Part shown: in pieces, positions 1-9,321 of the stretch
How positions within the stretch are numbered: position 1 is the stretch's first letter
Layout of the letters: every line of letters begins with the position of its first letter
Source: Oceanispirochaeta sp.
GTDB lineage: Bacteria > Spirochaetota > Spirochaetia > DSM-2461
Direction of reading: 5' to 3'
Assembly: GCA_963666275.2 (NCBI GenBank)
Contig: CAXXOA010000002.1
Coordinates: 1,792,001-1,856,000, forward strand
Length of the DNA: 64,000 nt
Program-made: the position numbers and the translations under genes
Notes under the pieces: generated by a model
What the model was told of the DNA's origin: nothing
What the model saw: only the letters and a program-made list of their open reading frames with translations
The model's database searches: none

Positions 1-5
1 ACCTC

Positions 6-63
6 CCAGCGTCGCACCACCTTCCAGCGTCGCACCACCTTCCAGCGTCGCACCACCTTCCAG
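6..63. repeat. 18-bp head-to-tail tandem repeat CCAGCGTCGCACCACCTT, 3 full copies plus partial; may continue left of the window
   Basis: Identical units at 6-23, 24-41, 42-59, then CCAG at 60-63; partial unit at 1-5. Confidence 0.95.
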
Positions 64-149
64 GGACAGCTCCACCGCTTTCTGTTTTGTCTGAGTTTTT
101 CTGCTGTCGGTTTTGAAGCAGTATGACAGCAGCGGATGTTAGGTCTTGT

Positions 150-644
150 ATGAGAAGGATCTATAAGAGAAAGTCTATTCGGCTTAAAGGGTATGATTAT
201 TCGAAGGCCGGTTTATATTTTATTACCATTAACGTGGATAAAAGAGTGCATCTTTTTGGTGAGATCAGGAACCGGACGATGGTTCTTAGTCCTTTCGGAA
301 AAGTTGTTCAGTCTCATTGGGATGCCCTGGATTCCTGTTATGCAGATGTTCTCTTTAGAGAATATGTTGTCATGCCTGATCATTTTCATTGTTTGCTTGA
401 GATTACCGGGGAGGGGAAATCCTTGGATACTGATTCAGTACTTTCACGGCGGAATATGATTATTCCAATAATTGTCGGGCGCTTTAAGATGCAGACGGCA
501 AAGGAAATTAACAGGTTGAGAGATACCCCGGGTCAAAAGGTCTGGCAGAGGAACTATTACGAAAGGATTATCCATGATAGAAAGAGCAGTCATGTCGTAT
601 CTCAGTATATAAGAAATAATCCTATCAAATGGAGAGGGTTTTGA
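150..644 (+). mobile_element. REP-associated tyrosine transposase (RAYT, Y1/HUH, IS200-like superfamily)
   Basis: RKSIRLKGYDYS..G.YFITI N-terminus, HUH motif MPDHFH, WQRNYYERII, catalytic-Tyr motif YIRNNP; alternative start at 123. Confidence 0.9.
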
Positions 645-760
645 TCGGACAGGAGGATTTTATGTCTCCATTCTCTTCTCCCCGATATCCTTGACAATCC
701 GCCCGGGCTGGAAGAAAATAACTTTGATTGTCTGAATATATGATAGCAAAGGAGTTTTGT

Positions 761-1774
761 ATGGTCAAAGTAGGTGTAGCAGGATACGGTGTGATCGGAC
801 AGAGGCTGGCCGACGGGGTCGCTCTTCAGGAGGATATGGAGCTTGTCGGTGTGGCCGATGTGGCCCCGACTCTTCCCATACGGGCTCTTCATGAAAAGGG
901 TATGCCCTACAGGCTTTTTACTGCAGTCCCTGAGAAAAAAAGTCTTCTTACAGATGAGGGTATCCCCGTGTCGGGAACTCTGGAGGATCTGGTGCAGGAG
1001 TGCGATGTGATCCTGGATGCCACCAGTGCGGGAATCGGTGCGCAAAACAAGGAACTCTATCAGAAATACAGGACAAAAGCGGTGTTTCAGGGCGGAGAGC
1101 AAAACAGCGTGGCCGATGTCTTTTTCCATGGCTATGCCAACTATGAAAAAGGCCTGGGAGCAGACTATCTGAAACTGACAAGCTGCAATACCACCGGTCT
1201 GATCCGTGCCATTGACTGCATCGACAGGGCTGTGGGGGTAGTAAAAACAGCTATAACCATTATCCGCCGGGTTGCGGATCCGGGCGATTACCACCGGGGA
1301 CTGACCAATGCCCTGCAGGTGGATAAAGCCCCCAACCATCAGGCTCTGGATCTGATGACCATTATGCCCCATGTGGATGCCACGGGGATCCTTATCCATA
1401 CCCCTGTGACTCACGGGCATATCATTACTCCTGTGGTTTCCACAAAAGGGACGATTGAAAAAAAGGATCTTCTGGAGATGTTCCATGCCCATCCCAGGAT
1501 TCGGGTAGTCCGGCTGGAGGACGGTTTTCTGGGGAATGCCTCCCTCTTCAAGTACGCCCGGGATCTGGGGAATCCCCGGGGAGACATGTATGAGATCGCT
1601 GTCTGGGAGGAGTCGATTGTAAAATCTGGTGAGGATATCATGTTTGCCATCAATATCCCCCAGGAGTCGGTGGTGATCCCCGAAAACATCGATGCCGTCA
1701 GAGCGGCCATGAACATGCAGAGTACCCGGGAAGAGGGAACATGGGCCACCAACAAATATCTGGGGATGAAATAA
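761..1774 (+). CDS. gap: Type II (archaeal-type) phosphorylating glyceraldehyde-3-phosphate dehydrogenase
   Basis: GYGVIG.R.AD Rossmann motif, FQGGE, SCNTTGL catalytic Cys, RRVADP, IPENIDA.RA; AAGGAG RBS before ATG 761. Confidence 0.9.
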   Translation: MVKVGVAGYGVIGQRLADGVALQEDMELVGVADVAPTLPIRALHEKGMPYRLFTAVPEKKSLLTDEGIPVSGTLEDLVQECDVILDATSAGIGAQNKELYQKYRTKAVFQGGEQNSVADVFFHGYANYEKGLGADYLKLTSCNTTGLIRAIDCIDRAVGVVKTAITIIRRVADPGDYHRGLTNALQVDKAPNHQALDLMTIMPHVDATGILIHTPVTHGHIITPVVSTKGTIEKKDLLEMFHAHPRIRVVRLEDGFLGNASLFKYARDLGNPRGDMYEIAVWEESIVKSGEDIMFAINIPQESVVIPENIDAVRAAMNMQSTREEGTWATNKYLGMK

Positions 1775-3027
1775 TGGGTGCCCGAGGCCCGGCTTTTCCT
1801 TCCATGGAGGAGTTCGAGGTCCGGGGGAGAAAGGTTCTGCTCCGTCTGGATATCAATTCTCCCCTGGATCCCGAGACAAAAAGGATCGTTGATACCAACC
1901 GGATTGACAAGTCTCTGCCCACAGTCGCCTGGCTTCTGGATAGGGGGGCCTGTCTGGCCATCATCGCCCATCAGGGGGATACCCTGGACTATCAGAATCT
2001 GATCTCCCTGGAGGAGCACGCCCGGATCCTCTCGGAGAAACTGGGACGGGAGGTCGCCTATGTGGATGATGTCTGCGGGCCCGCTGCGGTCTCCCGGGTG
2101 AAGAATCTGAAATCCGGCGAGGCTGTCCTGCTGGGAAATCTTCGCTATCTCTGCGAGGAGATCTCCACATTTGAGGATGCTGTTAAACTGACTCCCCCGA
2201 AGATGGTTCATACCTGGCTTGTCAGGTCACTGGCTCCTTTGTTTGATCTTTATATCAATGATGCCTTTGCCGCGGCTCACAGGAACTGCCCCAGCATGGT
2301 CGCTTTTCAGGAACTACTGCCCAGTGGGGCGGGTCCTCTTTTTTTCAATGAAGTCAGCGCTCTCACAAAGGTTATGGCTGACCCGGACAGTCCCGCTGTC
2401 TTTCTTCTGGGAGGAGCCAAGATCTCAGATGCCTTCGGAATGCTTGGAAAGGTCCTTTCCGGGGAAACGGCCGACCTGATTCTTACAGCCGGACTGACCG
2501 GGCAGGTGTTCCGGATCGCCCAGGGAGGAAACCTGGGAAAAAGGACGGAACAATTCCTCACAGAACGCTCCCTGGATACGTTTATTGAACAGGCAGCGGG
2601 GTATCTGGAAAGATATCCCGGTAAAATCCTGATGCCTGTGGATTTTGCTTTTCTCCGGGATGACAAGAGGACAGAAATCCTTCTGGAGGAGCTGCCTGAG
2701 GAGACGCTGTTTATGGATATCGGGGAAGAAACCATAGAGATATATCGGGAGAAGATTCTTCAGGCCGGGACAGTTTTTGTAAACGGACCGGCCGGTGTCT
2801 TTGAGGATCCCCTGTTTGAAAAGGGAACCAGGGAACTCTGGAAAACCCTCAGCGAAGCGGAAGGGTATACCGTTGTGGGGGGAGGGGATAGTGTGAGTGC
2901 TGTCTCCCGGTTTACGGATGCGGATAAAATCAGCTATATTTGTACGGCCGGAGGAGCTATGGTCCGTTTTCTTTCCGGCAGAAAACTCCCCCTTATAGAG
3001 GCTATGGAAAAAGCCGCCGAAAGGTAG
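1774..3027 (+). CDS. pgk: Phosphoglycerate kinase (archaeal-like)
   Basis: RLDINSP, AHQG, NDAFAAAHR, LGGAKISD, NGPAGVFE, GGGDS, TAGGA motifs; TAATG coupling to gap. Confidence 0.9.
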   Translation: MGARGPAFPSMEEFEVRGRKVLLRLDINSPLDPETKRIVDTNRIDKSLPTVAWLLDRGACLAIIAHQGDTLDYQNLISLEEHARILSEKLGREVAYVDDVCGPAAVSRVKNLKSGEAVLLGNLRYLCEEISTFEDAVKLTPPKMVHTWLVRSLAPLFDLYINDAFAAAHRNCPSMVAFQELLPSGAGPLFFNEVSALTKVMADPDSPAVFLLGGAKISDAFGMLGKVLSGETADLILTAGLTGQVFRIAQGGNLGKRTEQFLTERSLDTFIEQAAGYLERYPGKILMPVDFAFLRDDKRTEILLEELPEETLFMDIGEETIEIYREKILQAGTVFVNGPAGVFEDPLFEKGTRELWKTLSEAEGYTVVGGGDSVSAVSRFTDADKISYICTAGGAMVRFLSGRKLPLIEAMEKAAER

Positions 3028-3030
3028 AAT

Positions 3031-3498
3031 ATGTCAGTAGAAGAAGTGAAAGCCTATTTCAGATCCCATGCCATGGAAGATCGAATCCTGGAAATGGAGG
3101 AATCCACAGCCACCGTAGAAGAGGCTGCCCGGGTTCATAATGTGGTTCCCGGACAGATCGGGAAAACCCTCTCTTTTAAAGTGGATGAGGAGCCGGTTCT
3201 GATTGTAGTGGCCGGAGACAGAAAAATAGATAATAAAAAATACAAAGCCCAGTTCGGGAAAAAAGCCAAAATGCTCAGTTTTGAAGAAGCACAGGAGCAC
3301 ACGGGACATCCTGTGGGTGGAATCTGTCCCTTCGGACTGAAAACTCCCGTAAAAACCTATCTGGACATCTCCCTGAAAGAGTACGGGGAGATTCTACCTG
3401 CTGCGGGAAGCCGCAATTCCGCCGTCCGACTGAATCTTCGGGAACTGGAAGTCCATTCGGGATCTCTCGGTTGGATTGATGTCTGCAGGGAAGGGTGA
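3031..3498 (+). CDS. YbaK/EbsC family aminoacyl-tRNA deacylase (trans-editing)
   Basis: TATVEEAA, IGKTL, TGHPVGGICPFG, PAAGS motifs. Confidence 0.9.
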   Translation: MSVEEVKAYFRSHAMEDRILEMEESTATVEEAARVHNVVPGQIGKTLSFKVDEEPVLIVVAGDRKIDNKKYKAQFGKKAKMLSFEEAQEHTGHPVGGICPFGLKTPVKTYLDISLKEYGEILPAAGSRNSAVRLNLRELEVHSGSLGWIDVCREG

Positions 3499-4520
3499 GT
3501 GTTGTGAGAGTCCCCTTTGAAGAGATGCATCAGACTGTGAAATCTGTCTTTCAGAAGGCAGGAATGGAGGAGTCCAGAGCCGATCTGGCGGCCCGGATCC
3601 ATACAGAGTCCTCCTGTGACGGGGTCTTTTCCCACGGATTGAACAGGATTCCTACTTTTATCAGGTATGTTCAGGATGGGATGACCCATGTAAACGCCGA
3701 GCCCGAATTGATAGGTTCCACTGGAAGTATTGAGAAATATAACGGTAACAAAGGGCCGGGGGTTCTGAATGCCCGATTCGCCATGAACCGGGCCATGGCT
3801 ATTGCAGAGGAGCAGGGCCTGGGGCTGGTTACACTGAATAACACAAGCCACTGGATGAGAGGCGGAACCTATGGATGGCAGGCCGCGGAAAAGGGTTTTA
3901 TCGGAATCTGCTGGACCAATACGGAATCCTGCATGCCCGCCTGGGGAGCTGCAAGTGCAAGCGTGGGAAACAATCCTCTGGTCCTTGCGGTTCCGGGAGG
4001 AGAAACCCCGGTGGTCCTTGATATGGCCATGAGTCAGTTCTCCTATGGAAAGCTTCAGACCACCCGTCTGGCTGGTGAGACTCTTCCCCTCCCGGGAGGA
4101 TACGACGATAAGGGAGAACTGACCTGTGATCCCGGTGCTATCGAACAGACCGGCCGGATCCTTCCTGCGGGATACTGGAAAGGCTCGGGCCTGGCAACCC
4201 TTCTGGATCTGCTGGCTGCGGTCCTTTCGGGGGGGCTTTCCACATCGGGTCTGGATGATAGGGGGTATACCCACTGTACAGGATGTTCCCAGGTTTTCCT
4301 TGCGGTCAGTCCTGAAGCTGCGGGAGGAGCCTCTTTCATCTCTCAGACCGTGGTGGATACCATAGAGCATCTTCACCGGGCGGAACCGGTGGCGCCGGGC
4401 AACAGGGTCAGGTATCCCGGTGAGAGTACTCTGCAGAAGAGGAAAGAGAACAGGGAAAAGGGGATTCCCGTTGATCCGGGTATCTGGGAGAAGGTTAAAG
4501 GTCTGGCGGCTTCTCTATAA
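3495..4520 (+). CDS. yiaK: 3-dehydro-L-gulonate 2-dehydrogenase / 2,3-diketo-L-gulonate reductase (Ldh_2 family)
   Basis: DGVFSHGLNR, HWMRGGTYGWQAA, CWTN, GNNP, DMAMSQFSYGKL, GYWKGSG; GTGA overlap with the upstream gene. Confidence 0.88.
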   Translation: MSVVRVPFEEMHQTVKSVFQKAGMEESRADLAARIHTESSCDGVFSHGLNRIPTFIRYVQDGMTHVNAEPELIGSTGSIEKYNGNKGPGVLNARFAMNRAMAIAEEQGLGLVTLNNTSHWMRGGTYGWQAAEKGFIGICWTNTESCMPAWGAASASVGNNPLVLAVPGGETPVVLDMAMSQFSYGKLQTTRLAGETLPLPGGYDDKGELTCDPGAIEQTGRILPAGYWKGSGLATLLDLLAAVLSGGLSTSGLDDRGYTHCTGCSQVFLAVSPEAAGGASFISQTVVDTIEHLHRAEPVAPGNRVRYPGESTLQKRKENREKGIPVDPGIWEKVKGLAASL

Positions 4521-4548
4521 CTGCCTCTGACTGAGAGTTCTCAAAGCT

Positions 4549-4592
4549 AAAGAATCCTGCCCGCCGGAGAGACCCCCGGGTAGGAGTTCTTT
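4549..4592. terminator. Hairpin between convergent genes, likely bidirectional terminator
   Basis: AAAGAATCCTGCCCG...CGGGTAGGAGTTCTTT. Confidence 0.6.
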
Positions 4593-4610
4593 TGTGAATT
4601 TGACATTGCA

Positions 4611-5756
4611 CTACTGTTCCTGTTCCGGGGTTAATCGGAGAAGCCGTCCACCCTTCCTGTCTTCCAGAACCCATATAGCGCCTTCCGGGCCCTGTTCGAC
4701 TTCCCGGATTCTCTTTCCCATATCAAACCTTTCGGCTTCTTTTGCCTGTGTGCCGTCTATCTCTACCCTGATCAGGGACTCTGATACAAGTCCGCCTATA
4801 AAGGCATTGCCCTTCCATGCGGGAAACCGGGATCCTGTGTAAATGATCAGCCCTGAAGGGGCGATAGACGGGACCCAGAACGCTTCGGGAGCATGGAATT
4901 CCGGGCGGGTGTCGTGGTCGGGAATAGGGGCGCCCGAATAGTGGTTGCCCCAGGAGACCAGAGGCCAGCCGTAGTTCGCCCCTTTTATTATCAGGTTAAG
5001 TTCATCGCCGTGTCTGGGACCCATCTCATGGGTCCATAATTGCCCCGCTGGATCAAAGGCTATTCCCAGCAGGTTGCGATGCCCCAGCGTCCAGAATGTT
5101 CGGGCCAGTTCTCCCCTGTCCTGGAAGGGATTGTCTTCCGGAACAGACCCGTCCTCATTCAGTCTGATCACCTTGCCCAGATTCTGGGTCCAGCTCTGGG
5201 CGGGAGTCTGTTTCTGCCTCTCTCCGGAGGTTATATACAGTTTGCCCTCAGGACCGAAGGCCAGCCGGTGGGAGTAATGACCCGAGCCGGATACTTTCGG
5301 CTCCTGTTCCCATATCCTCTGCGGATTTTCCAGTTCCGGGCGGGGAGAGTCTGCATGGAGAGTGGCCCGTATCACCACAGCGCCTCTTCTGCCGGAGCTG
5401 TCCGCTTCGGCATAGGAGAGGTAGATCCATCCGTTTCGGCTGAATCCGGGGTGCAGGATCACATCCCCCAGACCTCCCTGGCCGCCATAGGCCACTTCCG
5501 GTACCCCCAGTACAGCCGTTTTCGAACCGGAATCCGGATCGAAAAGGATCAGTTCTCCTGATTTTTCCGTCACTAGGATCCGGCCGTCGGGAAGGAACGT
5601 CATGGCCCAGGGCTCGTTGAAATCGGTATAGACCTGAGCATTCAACCGGGAAGAGGCGGTCCCTCTGATTTTGAAATTACTGGCACTGGCGTAGATCATC
5701 CCGGAAGTGAGGAGAAGGATCAGGGCCAGAGTCGCTCTGAAAGGTTTGCTATCCAT
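4611..5756 (-). CDS. PQQ-dependent glucose/sorbosone (aldose sugar) dehydrogenase, secreted beta-propeller
   Basis: Signal peptide; [45 protein letters not shown]. Confidence 0.9.
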   Translation of the reverse strand: MDSKPFRATLALILLLTSGMIYASASNFKIRGTASSRLNAQVYTDFNEPWAMTFLPDGRILVTEKSGELILFDPDSGSKTAVLGVPEVAYGGQGGLGDVILHPGFSRNGWIYLSYAEADSSGRRGAVVIRATLHADSPRPELENPQRIWEQEPKVSGSGHYSHRLAFGPEGKLYITSGERQKQTPAQSWTQNLGKVIRLNEDGSVPEDNPFQDRGELARTFWTLGHRNLLGIAFDPAGQLWTHEMGPRHGDELNLIIKGANYGWPLVSWGNHYSGAPIPDHDTRPEFHAPEAFWVPSIAPSGLIIYTGSRFPAWKGNAFIGGLVSESLIRVEIDGTQAKEAERFDMGKRIREVEQGPEGAIWVLEDRKGGRLLRLTPEQEQ

Positions 5757-5923
5757 GAGTACCTCCTGGTACGGAATTTTATATATTACTTATTTAATAG
5801 TAATTAAATGTTCTGACGAAGTCAAAGGACAGGGCTCAGATAGGTTCGGGGGGGAATGAATCTTTTTCTGAGGGGAGGCAAGCGGGGCACCATGCCCCTG
5901 CTCTTTCTTTGTGAAGGGAACTC

Positions 5924-7840
5924 CTAGGATTTTCCCATCTCTTTCTGATACTCCCGGGGAGACCGGCCGAAGCGTTTTTTAAATAGACGGAAAAAGGTTC
6001 CCAGGCTGGCAAAGCCCGCTGTTTCGGCAATGTCCGCCACGGTTCTTTCGCTTGTTCTTAAAAGCTCCGCGGCTTTCTCCAGGCGGACCTGGTTGATGTA
6101 TCCGGCAATGCTCAGGCCCATATGCTGTTTGAAGAGTCTGTTGATATACCCTGTACTCAGCTGAAACCGGTCGGCCAGCCAGTCGGCGGAAAGATTGAAA
6201 TTTTCAATTTCATTTTCTATCTGATCTCTGATATCACTGACGGTCTGATCGTGCCGGGCTTCCTTCCTGTTCCGGCACTCCCGGATAACATCCTGGATGA
6301 TATGGATCATAAGGGCTTTGACTTCTTCTATGGTTTCGGGACTCTGTACCTGCAGAATCATGGGGGTTACCCGTTCGATTGTCTGTATATGGTAGGTCTT
6401 TTCAAGGAATTCCACTGTGGCACTGAGACTGGCTGTCAGTCGTATGATAAGTCTTCTCATATTCTGAGGACCATAGGCAAAACCGTAGTCAATCAGATCA
6501 TCCAGCAGGGCCAGGGTTTCCTCTTCGTTCAGGCTCTTCATGGATTCCTCAAAGAGCCCCTCCTTTTCCCGGGGATAGTGAAAGTCTCTGTATGTGGTCA
6601 GATAGGAGGATCCCGAGTAGAGAAAGGAACCCTTGCCGCTCAGAAAGCGGTAGGAGCCTATCTTCATCAGATCCCTGAAATCCTGGTCCAGATCGATGGG
6701 ATCGCTGCATATTTCGCCGAAACTCAAGGTGATGGAGAACGCCAGGCTTCTGAGGAGCTTGCTGTGCTGATCCTCCATCCAGGAAAGGAGCTGTTCATAC
6801 TCTTCCTCCTGCTCCGGGTTGAACAGAAAGACAACCAGGTCGTCTCTGTAGCGGAAGTAATCATGCTTCAGACTGCGGGAATCAAGAATTTCCGAAAGGG
6901 TCTGGTTCAGTTCTCCTATGAGAGTCTGCTGTTCTGCAATATTGTGCCTGTGGGAAAAATCCGAGTAATTGTCAATCTGAACCGTAAAGGGGATGACCGG
7001 TTCATTCAGTTGCAGCTGAAGGCTCAGCTCCTCTCTGGAAGAGGCGTAGTAGTTCAGGTTCTCTTCGCTGCTGTTCTCTATGATATCCTTCAAAAGCTGC
7101 TGCTTCCGGCTCTCCAGATAGAGTTTTCTGTTCTGCTGACTCAGAGTCAGCTGGTATTGAAGGACAAAAAGGAAAGCCAGGATCAGAATTATAGACAGGA
7201 GAAATCCCGCCGCTACAAAACGGACCCGTCTCAGGTATTTTTCTCCCGCCGTATTGAGATCGCTGATCACCTGAAAAAAGAGGGTATCAAACTCCTTGGA
7301 AGCATTATCCAGTGTCTCCAGGGCGTATATGGTATCATCCAGAAGAAAAATCTCTCCTGTGGTCAGCTGTCCGGTCATCCGCAGTTTATACATGGTATGC
7401 AGAAACCCGTTGACCATGACTTTCCGACCCAGACCGGTCTGGATGATTTCCATAAAGAAATGACCCGCATTGTTCAGCTGGACTTCCGTATACCTCCAGA
7501 CCCGCTCTATCCCGTCCAGTTTGCGGGGTATCTCCGGGAGTTTCTGTATCTGCCCCTGACAGCTCAGTTCCTCCAGAGAAGAGGAAAAGCCTTTATACTC
7601 CTCCTCCCATTCACGGATCCTCAGGGGAATCTGCTCATCCGTCAGGGTATATCTATCCAGAAGAATCTGATAGGTTTTATTCTGAATACTGTTCCACTGG
7701 GCTGCCAGCCGGGATGAAGCAAGAGTCAGGTCCTGTATATTCCTTGATTGGATATTGTAGAAAACAATTGCTCCGGTCAGCAGACAAAGCAGGAATACTG
7801 TTGCCAGAAAGAGACCGAAAAAACTGTGGATTTTTGTCAT
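5924..7840 (-). CDS. Membrane-anchored AraC-family regulator (2 TM, extracytoplasmic helical domain, C-terminal AraC HTH)
   Basis: Hydrophobic segments near aa 7-28 and 207-228; C-terminal LADRFQLSTGYINRLFK...IAETAGF....F.RLFKKRFGRSPREYQ. Confidence 0.88.
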   Translation of the reverse strand: MTKIHSFFGLFLATVFLLCLLTGAIVFYNIQSRNIQDLTLASSRLAAQWNSIQNKTYQILLDRYTLTDEQIPLRIREWEEEYKGFSSSLEELSCQGQIQKLPEIPRKLDGIERVWRYTEVQLNNAGHFFMEIIQTGLGRKVMVNGFLHTMYKLRMTGQLTTGEIFLLDDTIYALETLDNASKEFDTLFFQVISDLNTAGEKYLRRVRFVAAGFLLSIILILAFLFVLQYQLTLSQQNRKLYLESRKQQLLKDIIENSSEENLNYYASSREELSLQLQLNEPVIPFTVQIDNYSDFSHRHNIAEQQTLIGELNQTLSEILDSRSLKHDYFRYRDDLVVFLFNPEQEEEYEQLLSWMEDQHSKLLRSLAFSITLSFGEICSDPIDLDQDFRDLMKIGSYRFLSGKGSFLYSGSSYLTTYRDFHYPREKEGLFEESMKSLNEEETLALLDDLIDYGFAYGPQNMRRLIIRLTASLSATVEFLEKTYHIQTIERVTPMILQVQSPETIEEVKALMIHIIQDVIRECRNRKEARHDQTVSDIRDQIENEIENFNLSADWLADRFQLSTGYINRLFKQHMGLSIAGYINQVRLEKAAELLRTSERTVADIAETAGFASLGTFFRLFKKRFGRSPREYQKEMGKS

Positions 7841-7890
7841 CCCGACAGTTTATCATGGAGATGAAATTTCTGCTATGAAAAGGATATCCC

Positions 7891-9153
7891 ATGCCCGACA
7901 GACGATTTAAAAGACTATTTTCTCTTTTCCTGTTTCTGAGTGTCCTTTCAGCGGGACTCGCAGCCAGGACTCTTCGTATCTGGGATTTCAAATACACCGA
8001 TCCCCAGACCCGGACCGCCATGCTCCGGGTGGATCATCTTTTTCAGGAACAGTATCCGGATATTGAAATAGAGCATACGGGATTTTTTGATCAGGAGTAT
8101 ATTCCCTCTCTCCGCGCGGCCCTTCTGGCAGGGACAGGGCCGGATATCCTCTGGCTCCATCCCGGCACAGAGTTTTCCGAATTTCTGCCCTATCTGGAGT
8201 CTCTGGATACCTCCCTTGCGGGTACGCCTATCCAGTTCAGAGAAAAATCCCTGGCCATGTGCCTGGGTCAGGACGGACAGGTCCGGGCGCTCCCTCTGAC
8301 CGTTCAGGGAATCGGCTGGTATTACAGCAGGGAGGCTTTCCGTCAGGCCGGTCTGGATGCGGAGACTCCTCCCGAATCTCTGGAAGCTTTTCTGCAGGCC
8401 TGCTCTGTCCTCAAGGAGGCGGGGATCACTCCCATTGCCACGGGAAATAACAGGCCCCTCACAACGGAATTTCTCAGAAGGACACTGATCTCCGGATTTT
8501 TCACAGAAGAGGAAATCCGGGATTTCTATACGGTGGGGCGGGGGATCGGTACAGCCCGGTTCCGGAAAATCATAGCCTTCTGCCGGGAGCTGAAGGATCT
8601 GGAATACTTTGATCCCCGGGGGCTCTTTCTTCCCTATTTCAATGATGCCGTAGACAGCTTCAGCTCGGGAGAGGCTGCCATGATTCCGGGGCTCCTTTCG
8701 GATATCGCCCACTGGAAGACTTTCTCCGATGCTCTGGGAGCTGACAATGTGGGGTACTTTCCCAATCTTCAGTTTCCCGGAATGGAACGGCCGGGAGTAC
8801 AGCTCCTGCAGGATGCGGGGGTCATGGTCTGTATGAACAGCGCTTCAGCCTATAAAGAGGATGCTTTCCTCTACATGGCCCATCTTTTTTCTCCTGCCTC
8901 CCAGAAAATGCTCGCAGAAGATCTGGGCCTCCTCTCTCCGCTGGAATCCGCCTCCCTGCCGCTGGAAAAGTACCCGGTTCTGAGGGATATTCAGTCTGCC
9001 ATGGAGTTCAGTTCCTCGGATCCCGAACTTTTCGTCCCCTCCCTATATGTGACAGATATGCAGTACAGGCTGGATGACCTGCTGATAAACACAGGGGAAA
9101 TTACAGTAGATGAGTATCTGATCAAACTTATCAAAGAGTTAAAGCTTTATTAA
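7891..9153 (+). CDS. Extracellular sugar solute-binding protein (SBP family 1), paralog A
   Basis: Signal peptide, GTGPDI, PLTVQGIGWYY, similarity to the 9322 SBP. Confidence 0.88.
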   Translation: MPDRRFKRLFSLFLFLSVLSAGLAARTLRIWDFKYTDPQTRTAMLRVDHLFQEQYPDIEIEHTGFFDQEYIPSLRAALLAGTGPDILWLHPGTEFSEFLPYLESLDTSLAGTPIQFREKSLAMCLGQDGQVRALPLTVQGIGWYYSREAFRQAGLDAETPPESLEAFLQACSVLKEAGITPIATGNNRPLTTEFLRRTLISGFFTEEEIRDFYTVGRGIGTARFRKIIAFCRELKDLEYFDPRGLFLPYFNDAVDSFSSGEAAMIPGLLSDIAHWKTFSDALGADNVGYFPNLQFPGMERPGVQLLQDAGVMVCMNSASAYKEDAFLYMAHLFSPASQKMLAEDLGLLSPLESASLPLEKYPVLRDIQSAMEFSSSDPELFVPSLYVTDMQYRLDDLLINTGEITVDEYLIKLIKELKLY

Positions 9154-9321
9154 AAAAGCAGCAGATTTTTGGAAGATTTTTCCAATTAAAGCAGAAAATG
9201 GAAGTTTTTGCAGGAACTGAGAGTCCTGAAAAACCGAATTTAAGAGTCTCTGTGGATATTGAAACTTTTCGATTCTGAATTCCTCCCGCCACAATGGGCT
9301 ATACCAAACAGGAGGAACCAA

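Noticed and set aside
1..63. 18-bp repeats as a CRISPR array
   Set aside because: Units are contiguous with no spacers, are too short, and there are no cas genes in the window.
150..644. IS200/IS605 element with TnpB or an RNA-guided nuclease
   Set aside because: No tnpB/iscB follows; gap begins ~115 bp downstream. Sequence left of the window is unseen.
5881..5910. GCGGGGCA-CCA-TGCCCCTGC hairpin as a RAYT REP
   Set aside because: Single copy in the window, unrelated to the 18-bp array; more simply a terminator-like hairpin.
6122..7717. 531-aa plus-strand ORF
   Set aside because: Antisense to the AraC gene, with no motifs; typical shadow ORF.
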